A stretch of DNA of 64,000 bases from Selaginella moellendorffii (lineage: Eukaryota > Plantae > Lycopodiophyta): NCBI RefSeq assembly GCF_000143415.4, contig NW_003314263.1, positions 932,165 to 996,164 on the forward strand, written 5' to 3'. Numbering within the stretch: position 1 is the stretch's first letter; every line of letters begins with the position of its first letter. Of the stretch, positions 1-10,940 are shown piece after piece. The notes below the pieces were generated by a model. The model was not told the DNA's origin, did not search any database, and saw nothing but the letters and a program-made list of their open reading frames with translations. The translations under genes were made by a program, and so were the position numbers.

Positions 1-718
1 ATGATCTTAGCAAAGATCCAGCATCACCGAATTTCCCCTGGTTGGATCGCCCATCAGCAACGCAACAAGATGATCATCTCCCTCAGGATCTCGATCTCGT
101 AGAGGTGCTTTCTCTTTCTTTCAATCCCTCGATCAGTGCTCAGGAATACCACCGTTGCAGGAAATCCAGGAGACCTGCCGCGATCTCAATGCCGCATTGG
201 AGCGCCCCGGCTACGCTTGGACCTCGCTCAACCAGAAGGTGGGTCGCCTCCATCGGTCGATTCCTCCCCAATTTCTCATGTGGGTCGTGTGGGAAATCTC
301 AGCTATGCACGAGCCTGGCCGCGGCAGCCGAGATCGTTCGAATCAGCCACGCGAATTTCGCGCAATTGCTCCAGAAACTCCAGGCCCTGCGCGCGATTGT
401 TAGCAGGGGAGAAGGAACCCTAAAGATGGTATAAATGCCGAGTATATTCTCTTAGGGTAGGGCGTAACAATTTTGCTGTAAAGTATATCTTTAGAATATG
501 CTCATTTCAATCTAGATCTATGCGCGACAAATCTCGATTTCGCGCTAGAAATCTTGATTTCTACTGTAGGAATTGCTCTGGTCGGTGTGTGCTCACCAAG
601 GGAGAATCTGCTGTGTACCCGATTTTTTTCGAGTACCAGAATTAATGGTTTTTTGTTCTTCTCTTTTATATCCAGATCGAGAGTGTGAGGCTTCTTCCAA
701 GAGGGCAATTGTTCTAGA

Positions 719-1110
719 ATGTTTGGAGGTGGATACAGGAAAGGCGATGGATTGCCTGCTGTAAGCACTGCGAACATTTTCTCTGCGCTTAAGCGAAAAT
801 CCAGCAAGAAGAAGTCGGACAAGCATGCATTGCAAAGCAGCCAGAGTAGTTTTGGGTGCCAAGTCCGGCTACCGTCAAGTCTTGGGCCGATGTCGAGGAC
901 GACAACGATTACTTTGCGACCACCGCTCTGCTGCCAACCATAACAACAAAGGCCTCGCAGGAATCCTCTGTGAACCCTGACTTGAATCACTTGGAGGTAA
1001 CCATCTTTTTTCGTAGCTCTCCTCTTTTTTCTTTTCTGTTCTTCCTGATGGTATTTATGTTAGGATTCGATGATGATGCCGACAAAGAGGTCGAAGAAGA
1101 GAAAAGCGGT
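719..1110 (+). pseudogene. Truncated, frameshifted fragment of a conserved plant protein (FWxPxPxTVKSWADVEDD family, Arabidopsis At4g32610-like)
   Basis: MFGGG..STANIFSALKRK..KKKSDK is followed, after a frameshift near 847, by FWVPSPATVKSWADVEDDNDYFATT. A GT-AG intron lies at ~997-1063. The gene breaks off into an inverted kinase fragment at ~1114. Confidence 0.6.
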
Positions 1111-1123
1111 TTCGTAATTCCAT

Positions 1124-1634
1124 GCCCCATGTCAATCACGTCCAAAACGTTTTCGTGTTTGCAATTTACCATGATCTCAAGCTCCTTGAGGATTTGCTTG
1201 TGAACCTCCTTATTTCCTAGCACTACTCTCTCGCCCAGATGATCGTATCCATGCGCCACCGCAGACGCATAGTTATATCTGCCCAACAGTTTATGGAGAA
1301 TCGCGCCCTAAAACCCTAAACCCAAATTTTCGACACTCGGATTTGAACCCCAATCGGCCACCCTTTTTCGTCGCCTTTACTGCGACTATAAAAGAGAGTG
1401 TTCCTCCATAGGGTTTCTCCATAGCTTGAGAAATGAAAGTGTTGGGCAGATATAACTATGCGTCTGGATATGGCGAAAGCTCTGTGGTGGCGCATGGATA
1501 CGATGATCTGGGCGAGAGAGTCGTGATAAAAAATATGGGTAAAGGCAAGGAGGTTCACAAGCAAATCCTCAAGGAGTTTGAGATCATGGTAAATTGCAAA
1601 CATGAAAACGTTTTGGACGTGATTGACATGGGGC
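1124..1634. repeat. Local inverted repeat (arms 1124-1288 and 1440-1634, ~150 bp loop) derived from the 5' end of kinase A
   Basis: The reverse complement of 1124-1288 reads GRYNYAS..AHGYDHLGERVV..KEVHKQILKELEIMVNCKHENVLDVIDMG, matching kinase A apart from two indel blocks. Confidence 0.9.
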
Positions 1635-2209
1635 TAGACAAGGACGGGAATTACTACATGGTATTCGAGCATACTAATGGTAACGTGTTGGAGTATCTAC
1701 AAATGGACCTTTCGAAAGCTGGCAAAGAATCGGAGCTTGGTTCGAGGTTTTTCACCAGGGAAGAGAAGATCAAGGAGATAATGCGCCAGCTCCTTCTAGG
1801 GCTTGCATGGCTGCATGAACGTGGGGTGGCGCACCAGGGCATGACAAAAGATAACGTCCTGGTGAAGGTCAAAGGATGTGATTTCAAGGTGAAGCTGGGC
1901 GATTTTAGCTGTGCGAGGAGGCTTTGCAACAATCCCCCAGAAACAACCCTGAAAGTGGGAACTGCAGTGGACATATGGAGTGCTGGGATATTGCTAGTGG
2001 GGATGATCTTGCCATTGGAAATGCCTGAGCTACCAGAGAAAGAGGCTAAAGGAGAGGTGTTGGAGACGATCAAAAAATTTCTCCGGGCTTTGGATGATTT
2101 AATCAAGGACAAGGACGCCCTGGAGTTAGTCAAATCGATGCTAGCGTCTGATCCAGTTACTGCCCGGCAAGCTTTAGCTTTCAGGTATTTACATCGCAAT
2201 ACCCAATAA
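1433..2209 (+). CDS. Intronless divergent protein-kinase-fold protein (kinase A), probable pseudokinase
   Basis: VVIK lysine and HENV motif are present. The catalytic loop reads HQGMTKDN (no Asp), DFG is DFS, there is no APE, and DIWSAG is present. Teloboxes at 1306-1320 and TATA-like CTATAAAA at ~1386 lie upstream. Confidence 0.8.
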   Translation: MKVLGRYNYASGYGESSVVAHGYDDLGERVVIKNMGKGKEVHKQILKEFEIMVNCKHENVLDVIDMGLDKDGNYYMVFEHTNGNVLEYLQMDLSKAGKESELGSRFFTREEKIKEIMRQLLLGLAWLHERGVAHQGMTKDNVLVKVKGCDFKVKLGDFSCARRLCNNPPETTLKVGTAVDIWSAGILLVGMILPLEMPELPEKEAKGEVLETIKKFLRALDDLIKDKDALELVKSMLASDPVTARQALAFRYLHRNTQ

Positions 2210-2742
2210 CATATGATATCTTAGATACAAAATATTGTAAAGTAAAAATATGAGTTGTGTCCGACACGAAAAGAAGATAAGTAAAATAGACTAATAATAA
2301 TATTTGAATGGTAGAAGACTGAACTATACTAAAAGGTGTTTAGGAAGGTTTATAAATTATAAGTATGTTTATAATTATAAATACAAGATTAATCTCAACG
2401 TTGTAGAAGATCCCAGGAACGCTGGTAAACAAAAAAGCTTGGCACGTTTTTTTTTTTTATGCTTTCTGATCCTTTTTTCTTTTCTTTTGTGTGTGTGACG
2501 TTGGGCGCGGTTGCAGAGGACATGTCTGGGATCGTCAAGAGAGCACCACCACTACAAGGGCTGGACATGATCAAGGAAGCTCAAGGAGAATATGCTGCTT
2601 GCAGCACAGGCAACTAATTTTCCTTTCTTTTTACATTTGTAATTAACATAAACTCCTTTTTTTCCATCTTTTTCTTGAAGCTAGGTGCTTTTTCTGCAAA
2701 ACAAATCCTTTAGGTTTTCCTAACCATTCATTTTTTCGAGCG

Positions 2743-3738
2743 ATGGCAGACTATGTGTGGGCGAGTGGCGCGAGGTTGCTAGGCGCTGGACCAGATGGAG
2801 AGGTGAGGGTTGGGTTCCACCGAAAGACTGGAGACAAAGTAGCCATGAAGAAGATCTACGAGCACGAGTGCCTTTACGATGCCATCATCAACGAGTCGGA
2901 GATCCTGGAAGAGGTAGCGCACGACAACGTTGTCAATTTCCTTGGGTTGACCTGCAACAACCAGGGTACGTTCATGGTGATGGAGCTCATGGACGGGAGT
3001 TTGAGCGATGTGATCTCGTCACGCAAGCTTGGGGAGCACGACATCAGGGCCGTGATGCGCCAGATCCTCGAGGGCCTGGCGTGGATTCACGCGCACGGAA
3101 TCGTTCACCAAGACGTCAAGACGAGCAACGTTCTCGTCAAAAGGGATGGAGAGAAGAATAAGTTTGTTGTGAAGCTGGCGGACTTCGCTACCGCGAGGAG
3201 GCTGCGGACACGCCCCTGGTCGAACAAGGTCGGGACCTTAACGTTCAACGCTCCGGAGCTTCTCAAGGGTGCCACCAGCTTTGGCACCGCAATCGACGTG
3301 TGGGGGGCCGGGTGTATATTCGCGGAGATGCTCCTGGGTAGCGATCCCTTTGATGTGCCCGACGATGGGGACTCGCTCAACTATTTTGTGGCTGATTTCG
3401 CCAAGAAGCTGGACATCGATGGCTGTGGCATGGGCTATCAAGACAGGCGCCGAGAGCGAGCACGTGAGAGGATCTTGGAGAAGATGGTGTGGTGGAAAGC
3501 CGAGGATGTGAGAAGCGGAATGAAAGACCCCGATGCAGTGGAGCTGCTCAAGAGGATGCTGGCAATTGATCCGGCGAGGAGGATCTCGGTGCAAAACGCC
3601 TTGAAGATGCCATATTTCCAAGAGAAGGCCGACGACACAGCCACGCCAGTGCTCCTGAAAATGACGACTGCAAGTGGAAATTTTAGACCAGCTTGGGTTA
3701 AATTCAACAATGCAGCCCCATCAATAGCTACAATGTAA
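2743..3738 (+). CDS. Intronless CDK-like Ser/Thr protein kinase (kinase B)
   Basis: Motifs GAGPDG, VAMKK, HDNVV, HQDVKTSN, DFA, VGTLTFNAPELL, IDVWGAGCIFAEML and RRISVQNAL in an intact 331-aa ORF. Confidence 0.85.
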   Translation: MADYVWASGARLLGAGPDGEVRVGFHRKTGDKVAMKKIYEHECLYDAIINESEILEEVAHDNVVNFLGLTCNNQGTFMVMELMDGSLSDVISSRKLGEHDIRAVMRQILEGLAWIHAHGIVHQDVKTSNVLVKRDGEKNKFVVKLADFATARRLRTRPWSNKVGTLTFNAPELLKGATSFGTAIDVWGAGCIFAEMLLGSDPFDVPDDGDSLNYFVADFAKKLDIDGCGMGYQDRRRERARERILEKMVWWKAEDVRSGMKDPDAVELLKRMLAIDPARRISVQNALKMPYFQEKADDTATPVLLKMTTASGNFRPAWVKFNNAAPSIATM

Positions 3739-3871
3739 ACAATGCTTATGAAGACTGTGAATGTATATATTCAAAGTTTTGCAAAACATTTTATCTTTTT
3801 CTCTAAGAAGATTATGTAAAGAAAAAAATTTAAAAATTTATTATATTAATAATTATAATTATGTTTCTAAT

Positions 3872-4423
3872 TTTGTCTCCTGGAACTCACTGCTCGGATC
3901 TGTCATTGGAAATGGCAACTTAGAAGCGGCAGCGCGGTTCTTCGAGCGTTTTCCCAAGAAGAACGTCGTCTCCTACAATACCATGATCGCAGGGAATGCT
4001 CAGGCCGGAGAGCTAAGCTCTTGCTTCGATCTGGTGGCGAAGATGGCAATCGAAGGACTCACTCCCGACGAGCAAGCCTTCAGTGTTCTCGCTGCATCCA
4101 GCCATGGCGGAAAGCTAGAACAGGGACTCCACCACTTCGTGCTCATGAGCGGCGACTTTGAAATCACAGCTTTGAGGGAGCACTACGATTCAGTCACAGA
4201 CATCCTGGGACGGGCCGGGAACCTGGAACTCGCTCGCTCGGTCGTCCAAGCCATGCCATTTCTCCCGGCTTGGGGATCGCTACTCGGTGGCTATCAGATG
4301 CAAAGTGGCCAAGGCTTCACGCAACGAGCAGCCAGGAGCGTTTCCGAGCTGGGCTTGGGGCGAGCAAACAGCCATACCAAGTGGTACACAAATTCACGTT
4401 ATATCATTGATTTTAAAATATGA
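3872..4423 (+). pseudogene. Captured 3' fragment of the PPR gene at 22237-24411
   Basis: Near-identical to 22237-22763 from VSWNSLLGS to the end. It has no 5' part, and the stop TAG has become TAC. Confidence 0.9.
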
Positions 4424-4522
4424 TCTGTATGATCAAACTACACCCTGGTTTACATTTATCTCTTCATGTACTAACAGTAAGCGCTCACCAAGTTGGCTGA
4501 TGGAGGCATGTATTTAACACAC

Positions 4523-5434
4523 TCACGCTGCTCGAACTTTCTTGACAACCAAGTCGCTACTAAAACCGGGAGCACTCCTCTTCACTCCACAGCGCTTCCT
4601 CTTTTGAATCGTCTTACTGCTGCAATTCTCCACGATCCAGGGATGCTCCAGCACACCATCCAACGTCAACCTCTCGCTCGGCTCCACAGCCAGCATCCCG
4701 CAGATGAGATCCTCCGCCTCGTCTGAGAGAGGACAACCATCCGGGAATTCCCCGGCTCGCAACAACTCGATTTCCCTGGATTGCTTGTAGCCTCTCAGCA
4801 GCTCATATGCGATCACTCCCAGCGCCCACACGTCGATGGCCGCAGTGTAAAAGCTCTGCGACCTTGCGTCACCCTTGCAGCTCGTCACCTCCGGCGCCAT
4901 ATACTTCCCGGTTCCACAGCACTGCGACATCTCCTTGGGGTCGTCCGTGGCCACGCCGAAGTCTCCAATCACCACCTCGTGCACGGCAGTAGCGTCCAGC
5001 TTGACGAAGATGTTCTCCGGCTTGAGATCCCGGTGGACGATGCCGCTGCTATGTATCCCCTTGAGCGCCTCCGCCAGCCTCTGGATGGTCTTGGCGGCCT
5101 CCTCCTCGCCCAGCGGCCCTCCCTTGATCAATCGATGGAACAGGCTAGGACCGCACAGCTCCATCACCATGGTCCCGTAGCAAGCCCCGCCGCTCCTCTC
5201 CTTCACGAAGCCCGCCAAGGAGACCACTCCAGCGCATCCGCGGAGCTTGGACATGAGCCGGAGCTCTCTCCCGGCGTCCCTCCCCGCTCGAAACATCTTC
5301 CCGGCGTAGCTCGTGGCCCCCTTGAGCACGAAAACCTGGCCCTGGCTCCCGCAACCCAGCCTCTCGCCCCTCGTGTAGATCTTGAGGAGCTCGGCACAAT
5401 CGTCGTCCTCAAACTCAACGTCTTGGCGGACCAT
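4523..5434 (-). CDS. Intronless CAMK-group-like (PPCK/PEPRK-like) Ser/Thr kinase (kinase C)
   Basis: Motifs GCGSQG, YAGK, HRDLKPEN, DFG, CGTGKYMAPE, DVWALG and LEHPW, with a basic C-terminal tail. Confidence 0.88.
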   Translation of the reverse strand: MVRQDVEFEDDDCAELLKIYTRGERLGCGSQGQVFVLKGATSYAGKMFRAGRDAGRELRLMSKLRGCAGVVSLAGFVKERSGGACYGTMVMELCGPSLFHRLIKGGPLGEEEAAKTIQRLAEALKGIHSSGIVHRDLKPENIFVKLDATAVHEVVIGDFGVATDDPKEMSQCCGTGKYMAPEVTSCKGDARSQSFYTAAIDVWALGVIAYELLRGYKQSREIELLRAGEFPDGCPLSDEAEDLICGMLAVEPSERLTLDGVLEHPWIVENCSSKTIQKRKRCGVKRSAPGFSSDLVVKKVRAA

Positions 5435-5708
5435 CTCCTCTCGCGCAAGCTTCCTTGAGATGAGAAATAAAAAGGGTAGAAACCCTAGCTTCTCATAACG
5501 ACTATTTGTCGACGGTTGGGATGGCGTTCTGCCGTCGGCTGAGATGTGACTGCGATCTAGCCGAGAGTAATCTAATTGTTTATTGAATATTCACTATTGA
5601 CCCGTCACCTTCTTGGGAGTTGACGCCCCAAGCTTGTTCTTGGGGTTGTGCGTGGTGTTGAGTTGCCAGACCAGCTTTTGCAAGTTCCCCGACCTCCCCG
5701 GCAAACAC

Positions 5709-6895
5709 ATCAAAGTTCTTCCTAGTAGTTCATCCACTTCGCATGCGTTAGATCGAGGAGTGAAGGTTTGGAAACTTGCCTTTGTATGAGAAACACGCAA
5801 CTCCTTGAGAAGGAGCACGAGCTCCTCCAGTTTCCAGTTGATTGCAAGTCGTTTATAATCCTAGAACAAAGCTTGCAAGGTGAATCCTTGTGAAGAACAT
5901 GAAAGGTTTGTAGAGGAAGCAAACCTTGTAGCTTTGCTCGTATACAACATGCTTGCAGTTCTGGGAGCCTCAGCCGCTCCCTGTGCTTTCAAATCCTCAA
6001 TGTCGAACTCCTTTTAAAAGCCAACATGTTAAACTCATTTAGAAACTACTTAAGCTTGTTTTTTTATTTTTTTAACAAGTTTTTCTTTAATCTCACTTAA
6101 TGAGTTTTTCTTAATCATTTTAACGTCTATATTTCACCATCAATGATTCTGTCTTTGCCGATTTTGATATGTAAGTGCATAAATGTTCTGAGGCAAGCCT
6201 TTCACGTGTTGCAGCCAGGTGACTTGGCCTTCCTCTCTACTTCAAAAACCTGATCAACATAAACATACCAAGCTTCATGAGATGTCCTTGGTGCTCTCAC
6301 TTGAAGAATATCATGAGATTTTGGCCATATTGGAACAACATCTCCTGATTCAAGAAGTTTACATGGTAACCTTGAGGATTTTACATCCTAAACAATTTGA
6401 TCTCCACGCCATTTTCCATCTGGGATCAGAAACACACATATCTCATGCTCTACGAGCTCAACAGGTTGAATGCAATCAACGCTGAACTTATACATTGCGC
6501 TTGTAAGCAGATGCATACTCGAAAACTCACATTTTTCTGGATGACCATTTGTTATTTCATAACGAAAATAATCTGTTGCAAAATAAACCTGCAAAAGAAT
6601 CAAAGTTCTTCGTAGTAGATCATCCACTTTGCACATGTTAGATTGAGGTGTGAAGGCTTGAAAACTTGCCTGAGAAACACTCAAGTCCTTGACAAGGAGC
6701 ACGAGCTCTTCTAGTTTCCTGTCACAAGTTGATTGCAAGTTGTTTATCTGCATTTTCAATCCTGGAAAAAAGCTCCCAAGTTGAATCCTTGTGAAGAACA
6801 TGAAAGAATTGCAAAGGAAGCAAACCTTGTAGCTTTGCTCGTACTGTGACAAGCCCCTAGTGTGCTGCTCCCTGTGCTTCCAAATCCTGGATGTC
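5709..6895. repeat. Diverged direct repeat, ~300 bp (5709-6005 vs 6599-6895)
   Basis: caaagttctt..catccact..gaatccttgtgaagaacatgaaag..gtagctttgctcgta is shared by both copies. The second copy begins at the inner end of the palindrome arm. Confidence 0.85.
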
Positions 6896-6959
6896 TTGCT
6901 CAATCTTTCTACCAAGAAATACGAGATCAAAAGATTGTGGAAGCTTATATAGCTAGAAA

Positions 6960-8656
6960 TGTTTAGAGGTTCACAAGAAGCACTTTTTTTTGGAGTGTTA
7001 ATCTCAATTTACAACTATGTTGTTTTGCTTTTCTAGAGATGACACAGACCAATTTATTAAGTATAAGTATAAGGGTACCTAATGAGACTGGTAAGGATCA
7101 TCATATATTTTTATATATAATTATCTAGAACCATTTAAACATAGATATGATTTCTCCTACATAAATTGGTGTATTTATTTTAAGCCTAAAATAATATTAT
7201 CTATGACAAATATGAAAATTATTTAAATTTAAATAATTAAATAAATCCATCACCACACCTTTATAAGGTTATAAATAGCAATGTAACCCTTCACAAGGAA
7301 ATTTTTAAAATTTTAATTTTTGATTTGCAATACCATGAAGAAGAACAACTCAATAACAAATAATATGAGCATTATCAAATTAATGAATGGAAAATATTAA
7401 TTCTATTTCTCTAAAACTTTGACCTTTTTTTTATAATTATTTCTAAGTCATCATGTACTTTAAATATTTCTTGTGACTATGGTGGAGTGGAAAAAGAAAT
7501 AATTGTAATAGGAAATACATATATTTAAATATGGCTATAATTAATAGCTATAATGAGTGAAAAGTAAATCTACTAGATTAGTGAGTGAAGGATATAATTG
7601 TAACACTACTAATAGTTGCACAAATTGAAAAATTGACAAATTTATTTAAAAGAGAGTGTGCTCAAATTATTATGGTATTATGGTGCATTAATAAAAGGTT
7701 ACACCATCAATAAAAAGCTAAAAACTAACATAAAAATCAAAAACCTTAATAATTTTGCTAGATCAGTCTTCAGTAATTTTGAGTAGTTAATCCCACTAAC
7801 CTTCATCTCCAAATTTTATTCTAAAAGTTATTTTTGCAATGATGTAAAATATTTAATATAACTTATAAATAATGTGAAATTTACTAAGAAAATATTTCAC
7901 TTTCCTTTTCTATTAAAAATACTTTATTTTCTCTTCAATCAAATAGATTTTTTACTAAATTTTCAATAAAAAATATTAGAAAATTAAATTAAATATAAAA
8001 TAGGATGAAAAAATTTATTTATTATTTAAACAAGGTTAATTGTGACTTATAATGTGAAGTTCTTAAATTTCATTATGGTTAATGCTAAATAGAAGGTTAT
8101 GCCTGTATAAAAGTTTATGGAAGAGAAAATTTATTAAATAAAAATATTTATAATGATTAAAAAGAAATAATATAATTGTTTTGCTTTCATAAGTTTCATG
8201 GATATTATTTTTTGTTATTAAACTCTTTCTCTTCATGATATTATTCATAAAAAATTAAAATGTTAAAAATTTCTTGATTGTAGTAGTGAGAAGATAAACA
8301 TTTTCTAAATATAATTACTTATATTTTAAACATTTATATGTTACACCCTCTCTCTATATATAGAATAACTAGCTTAAATAAATTAACTAGTTTTATGTAA
8401 TAAATAATAATACTTTAAAGAAATCATGTTTATATTTAAATAGTACTAGGTAATTATCAATGTTTTTGATGAAATAAAGTAGAAAATAATACTAACTAAA
8501 TCCTTATACTTTGTTTTTTATTATTCTTTATTGGTCTAATTAAGTGCCTTTAATTTGATAAATTGGTGTGTGTTATCTCTAGACAGGTAAAATAACATAG
8601 TTATAAATTGAAATCAACACTCCAAAAAGAAGTACTTCTTATAAACTTCTAAACAC
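6960..8656. mobile_element. AT-rich non-autonomous element with ~140 bp terminal inverted repeats
   Basis: 6960-7098 is a diverged reverse complement of 8522-8656. The interior is non-coding and no TSD was resolved. Confidence 0.55.
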
Positions 8657-9409
8657 TAAAAGCTAATATGCTGAGTTTTAATGTTAAGTTTGAATCAAGA
8701 AAAATTTTAAAATCAATATGAGTTTGTATCATATAATTTTTGAAATATATGTATTATTACGTAATTATATAAGTATTAAAACACATATAGTTTTACATTT
8801 ATAAGTATAGAGCTTAATTAGATTTATAGCATGGTTTTCAGGTGCTTATGTGCATAATGCAAGTTAAGAAATCCTCTTGGAGTCAATGTGGTTTACAAAG
8901 CTTGTAAGATATTTACAAACAAAGAATCAGATAAAGGTGTTTCATGTAATTTTAAAACTGAATTTGATTTTAGATCCTAAATCATTTTTGTTTTTGGTTT
9001 TTTTTAGATGCCACTACAAGTGGGAGCTCCAGCTACACTAACTTTAAGGCAACTGATGGTATGGATTATAGAATGATGTAAAAATTGATTAGTTTCTATG
9101 TCTTTTATCAGATATAAATATCATGACACCAAAACATAAACTTTTTATAGATTCACAACTACTAATTTTCTTCAGTCTCTAGTACAAAGGTTTTGTCTAA
9201 TGATGACAATGCTTTCCAAAAGATTTTGAGTATGATGGCCTTGCTGGATAAGCCTCATTGCTCGCAGCATATGACAGATGATATTTTACAGATTTGATTT
9301 AAGGATGACGGTGATGGTTCTCTTCCCAAACTTTTGAGTGCTCGTGGTGGTCGGAATCAAGATACCACAGAGTTAATGCAAACCCTTTACAAAGACATAG
9401 GATTGTGTA

Positions 9410-9696
9410 NNNNNNNNNNNNNNNNNNNNNNNNNNNNNNNNNNNNNNNNNNNNNNNNNNNNNNNNNNNNNNNNNNNNNNNNNNNNNNNNNNNNNNNNNNN
9501 NNNNNNNNNNNNNNNNNNNNNNNNNNNNNNNNNNNNNNNNNNNNNNNNNNNNNNNNNNNNNNNNNNNNNNNNNNNNNNNNNNNNNNNNNNNNNNNNNNNN
9601 NNNNNNNNNNNNNNNNNNNNNNNNNNNNNNNNNNNNNNNNNNNNNNNNNNNNNNNNNNNNNNNNNNNNNNNNNNNNNNNNNNNNNNNNNNNNNNNN
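9410..9696. other. Assembly gap
   Basis: Run of N. Confidence 1.
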
Positions 9697-10714
9697 TTGT
9701 CATGCAAGAGATGGATTCAGACTTGGCCACAAAGACATATACGTTCTCTAGTCAATAGTACAATCATTGTCAGGGTTGTAGTTTTACTACATGCCCAGAA
9801 TGCAGCAGTGATGTCCCATGCAATCCAAGGTTTGCAAATGGTGATCCACAAAATTTAGCACTAATGCTATGTGCTGATGGTTTTCAAGTAACATCAACTA
9901 AAATGAGAAGCATAATATTGTCATGCTCAACGAAGGGACACAAGGCATTCACGAGGTTGAGGAACTCATTCTGCCAGTATTGTATATTTAGAAGGATGAG
10001 CTACCTAACAATATGGACAATGCAAATGTTCTTGACGTCTTTTTAGATCATATCATGCAACAGTTAGAAGATTTGTACCTGAATGGACACGCAACTAAAT
10101 ATTCATTATAGATAAACTTTATATTTAACTTTCAGTAGTTTAGATTTTAGGGCTTGAACAAAAGTTCAGCATGTGAGCTATTGAAGATGAGCTTTAGTAA
10201 GTTCTTTCTTCTATTTAATCATTTGTAACCACTTTATATTTTCTATTCTTCTGCAGTAAATCTGGAGGAAATCCATGTAGATATTGCTCAATTCGTAATA
10301 CTAGAAAGTAGAAACTTTATAGAGATGTTTGGCAGAAAACCAAGAGACTGAGATCAATGTCAAACGATGGAAGAAGTCGAGGTAGCTATTAATCATCTTC
10401 AAATGGGAAATACCTCTACAGAAAAGAGTTATGGACCAAGAGGCAAATCTGCTCTACATTGGGTTTACCATGGTCTAGACTTACTCCATGATTCTGTTTT
10501 TGATGCTATGCATACTATTTCTTCGCTTTTGCAGATACAAATAATATGATGTGGAAGAAAGTCTGAGAGGCTAAGAAGGAAGCAATTGCAAAGGAAGGAC
10601 TTCAGCTAATATTGTAGAAGAGGTCCTCAAGCATGAAAGTTGGTTGACCGCTAGAAAGACCTTTGGAATGCTTAGCTTTTTGGAAAGCATGTGAGCATCA
10701 TCAGTTTTTACAAT

Positions 10715-10940
10715 AGGACTTCTAGAGGATCTAGATGATCTTAAACTTATATAACTAAACACTGTTATTGCAATGATTTTTTATGACTTTGGATGAGACC
10801 ATAGGACTTCTAGGAGATCTAGATAGTTTTGGACTGTTTATTATCAGGAGTGTTATTGCAATGATTTTTTATGACTTTGGATGAAACCATGGTTGAAATG
10901 TTGAGCGATTGTTAGTTTTGGACTGTTTATAATCAGGAGG
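10715..10940. repeat. Degenerate tandem repeat, ~88 bp period
   Basis: tgttattgcaatgattttttatgactttggatga occurs at ~10763 and ~10851. agttttggactgttta occurs at ~10825 and ~10914. Confidence 0.7.

Larger units (their letters stand above)
1491..6601 (+). repeat. Left arm of ~5.1 kb inverted duplication
   Basis: Reverse complement of 11633-16792, with the same gene order (kinase A, kinase B, PPR fragment, kinase C, transposase exon). Confidence 0.95.

Noticed and set aside
1-434. Short ORFs and an exon-like segment at the window start
   Set aside because: No recognisable domain and truncated by the window edge; cannot be assigned.
4781-5458. Long antisense ORFs over kinase C (also 12793-13485) and over the PPR and YUCCA genes
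   Set aside because: Shadow ORFs expected from GC-rich coding sequence, with no independent motifs.
9299-9858. ORFs containing X runs (also 40364-40812)
   Set aside because: Artefacts of reading through N gaps.
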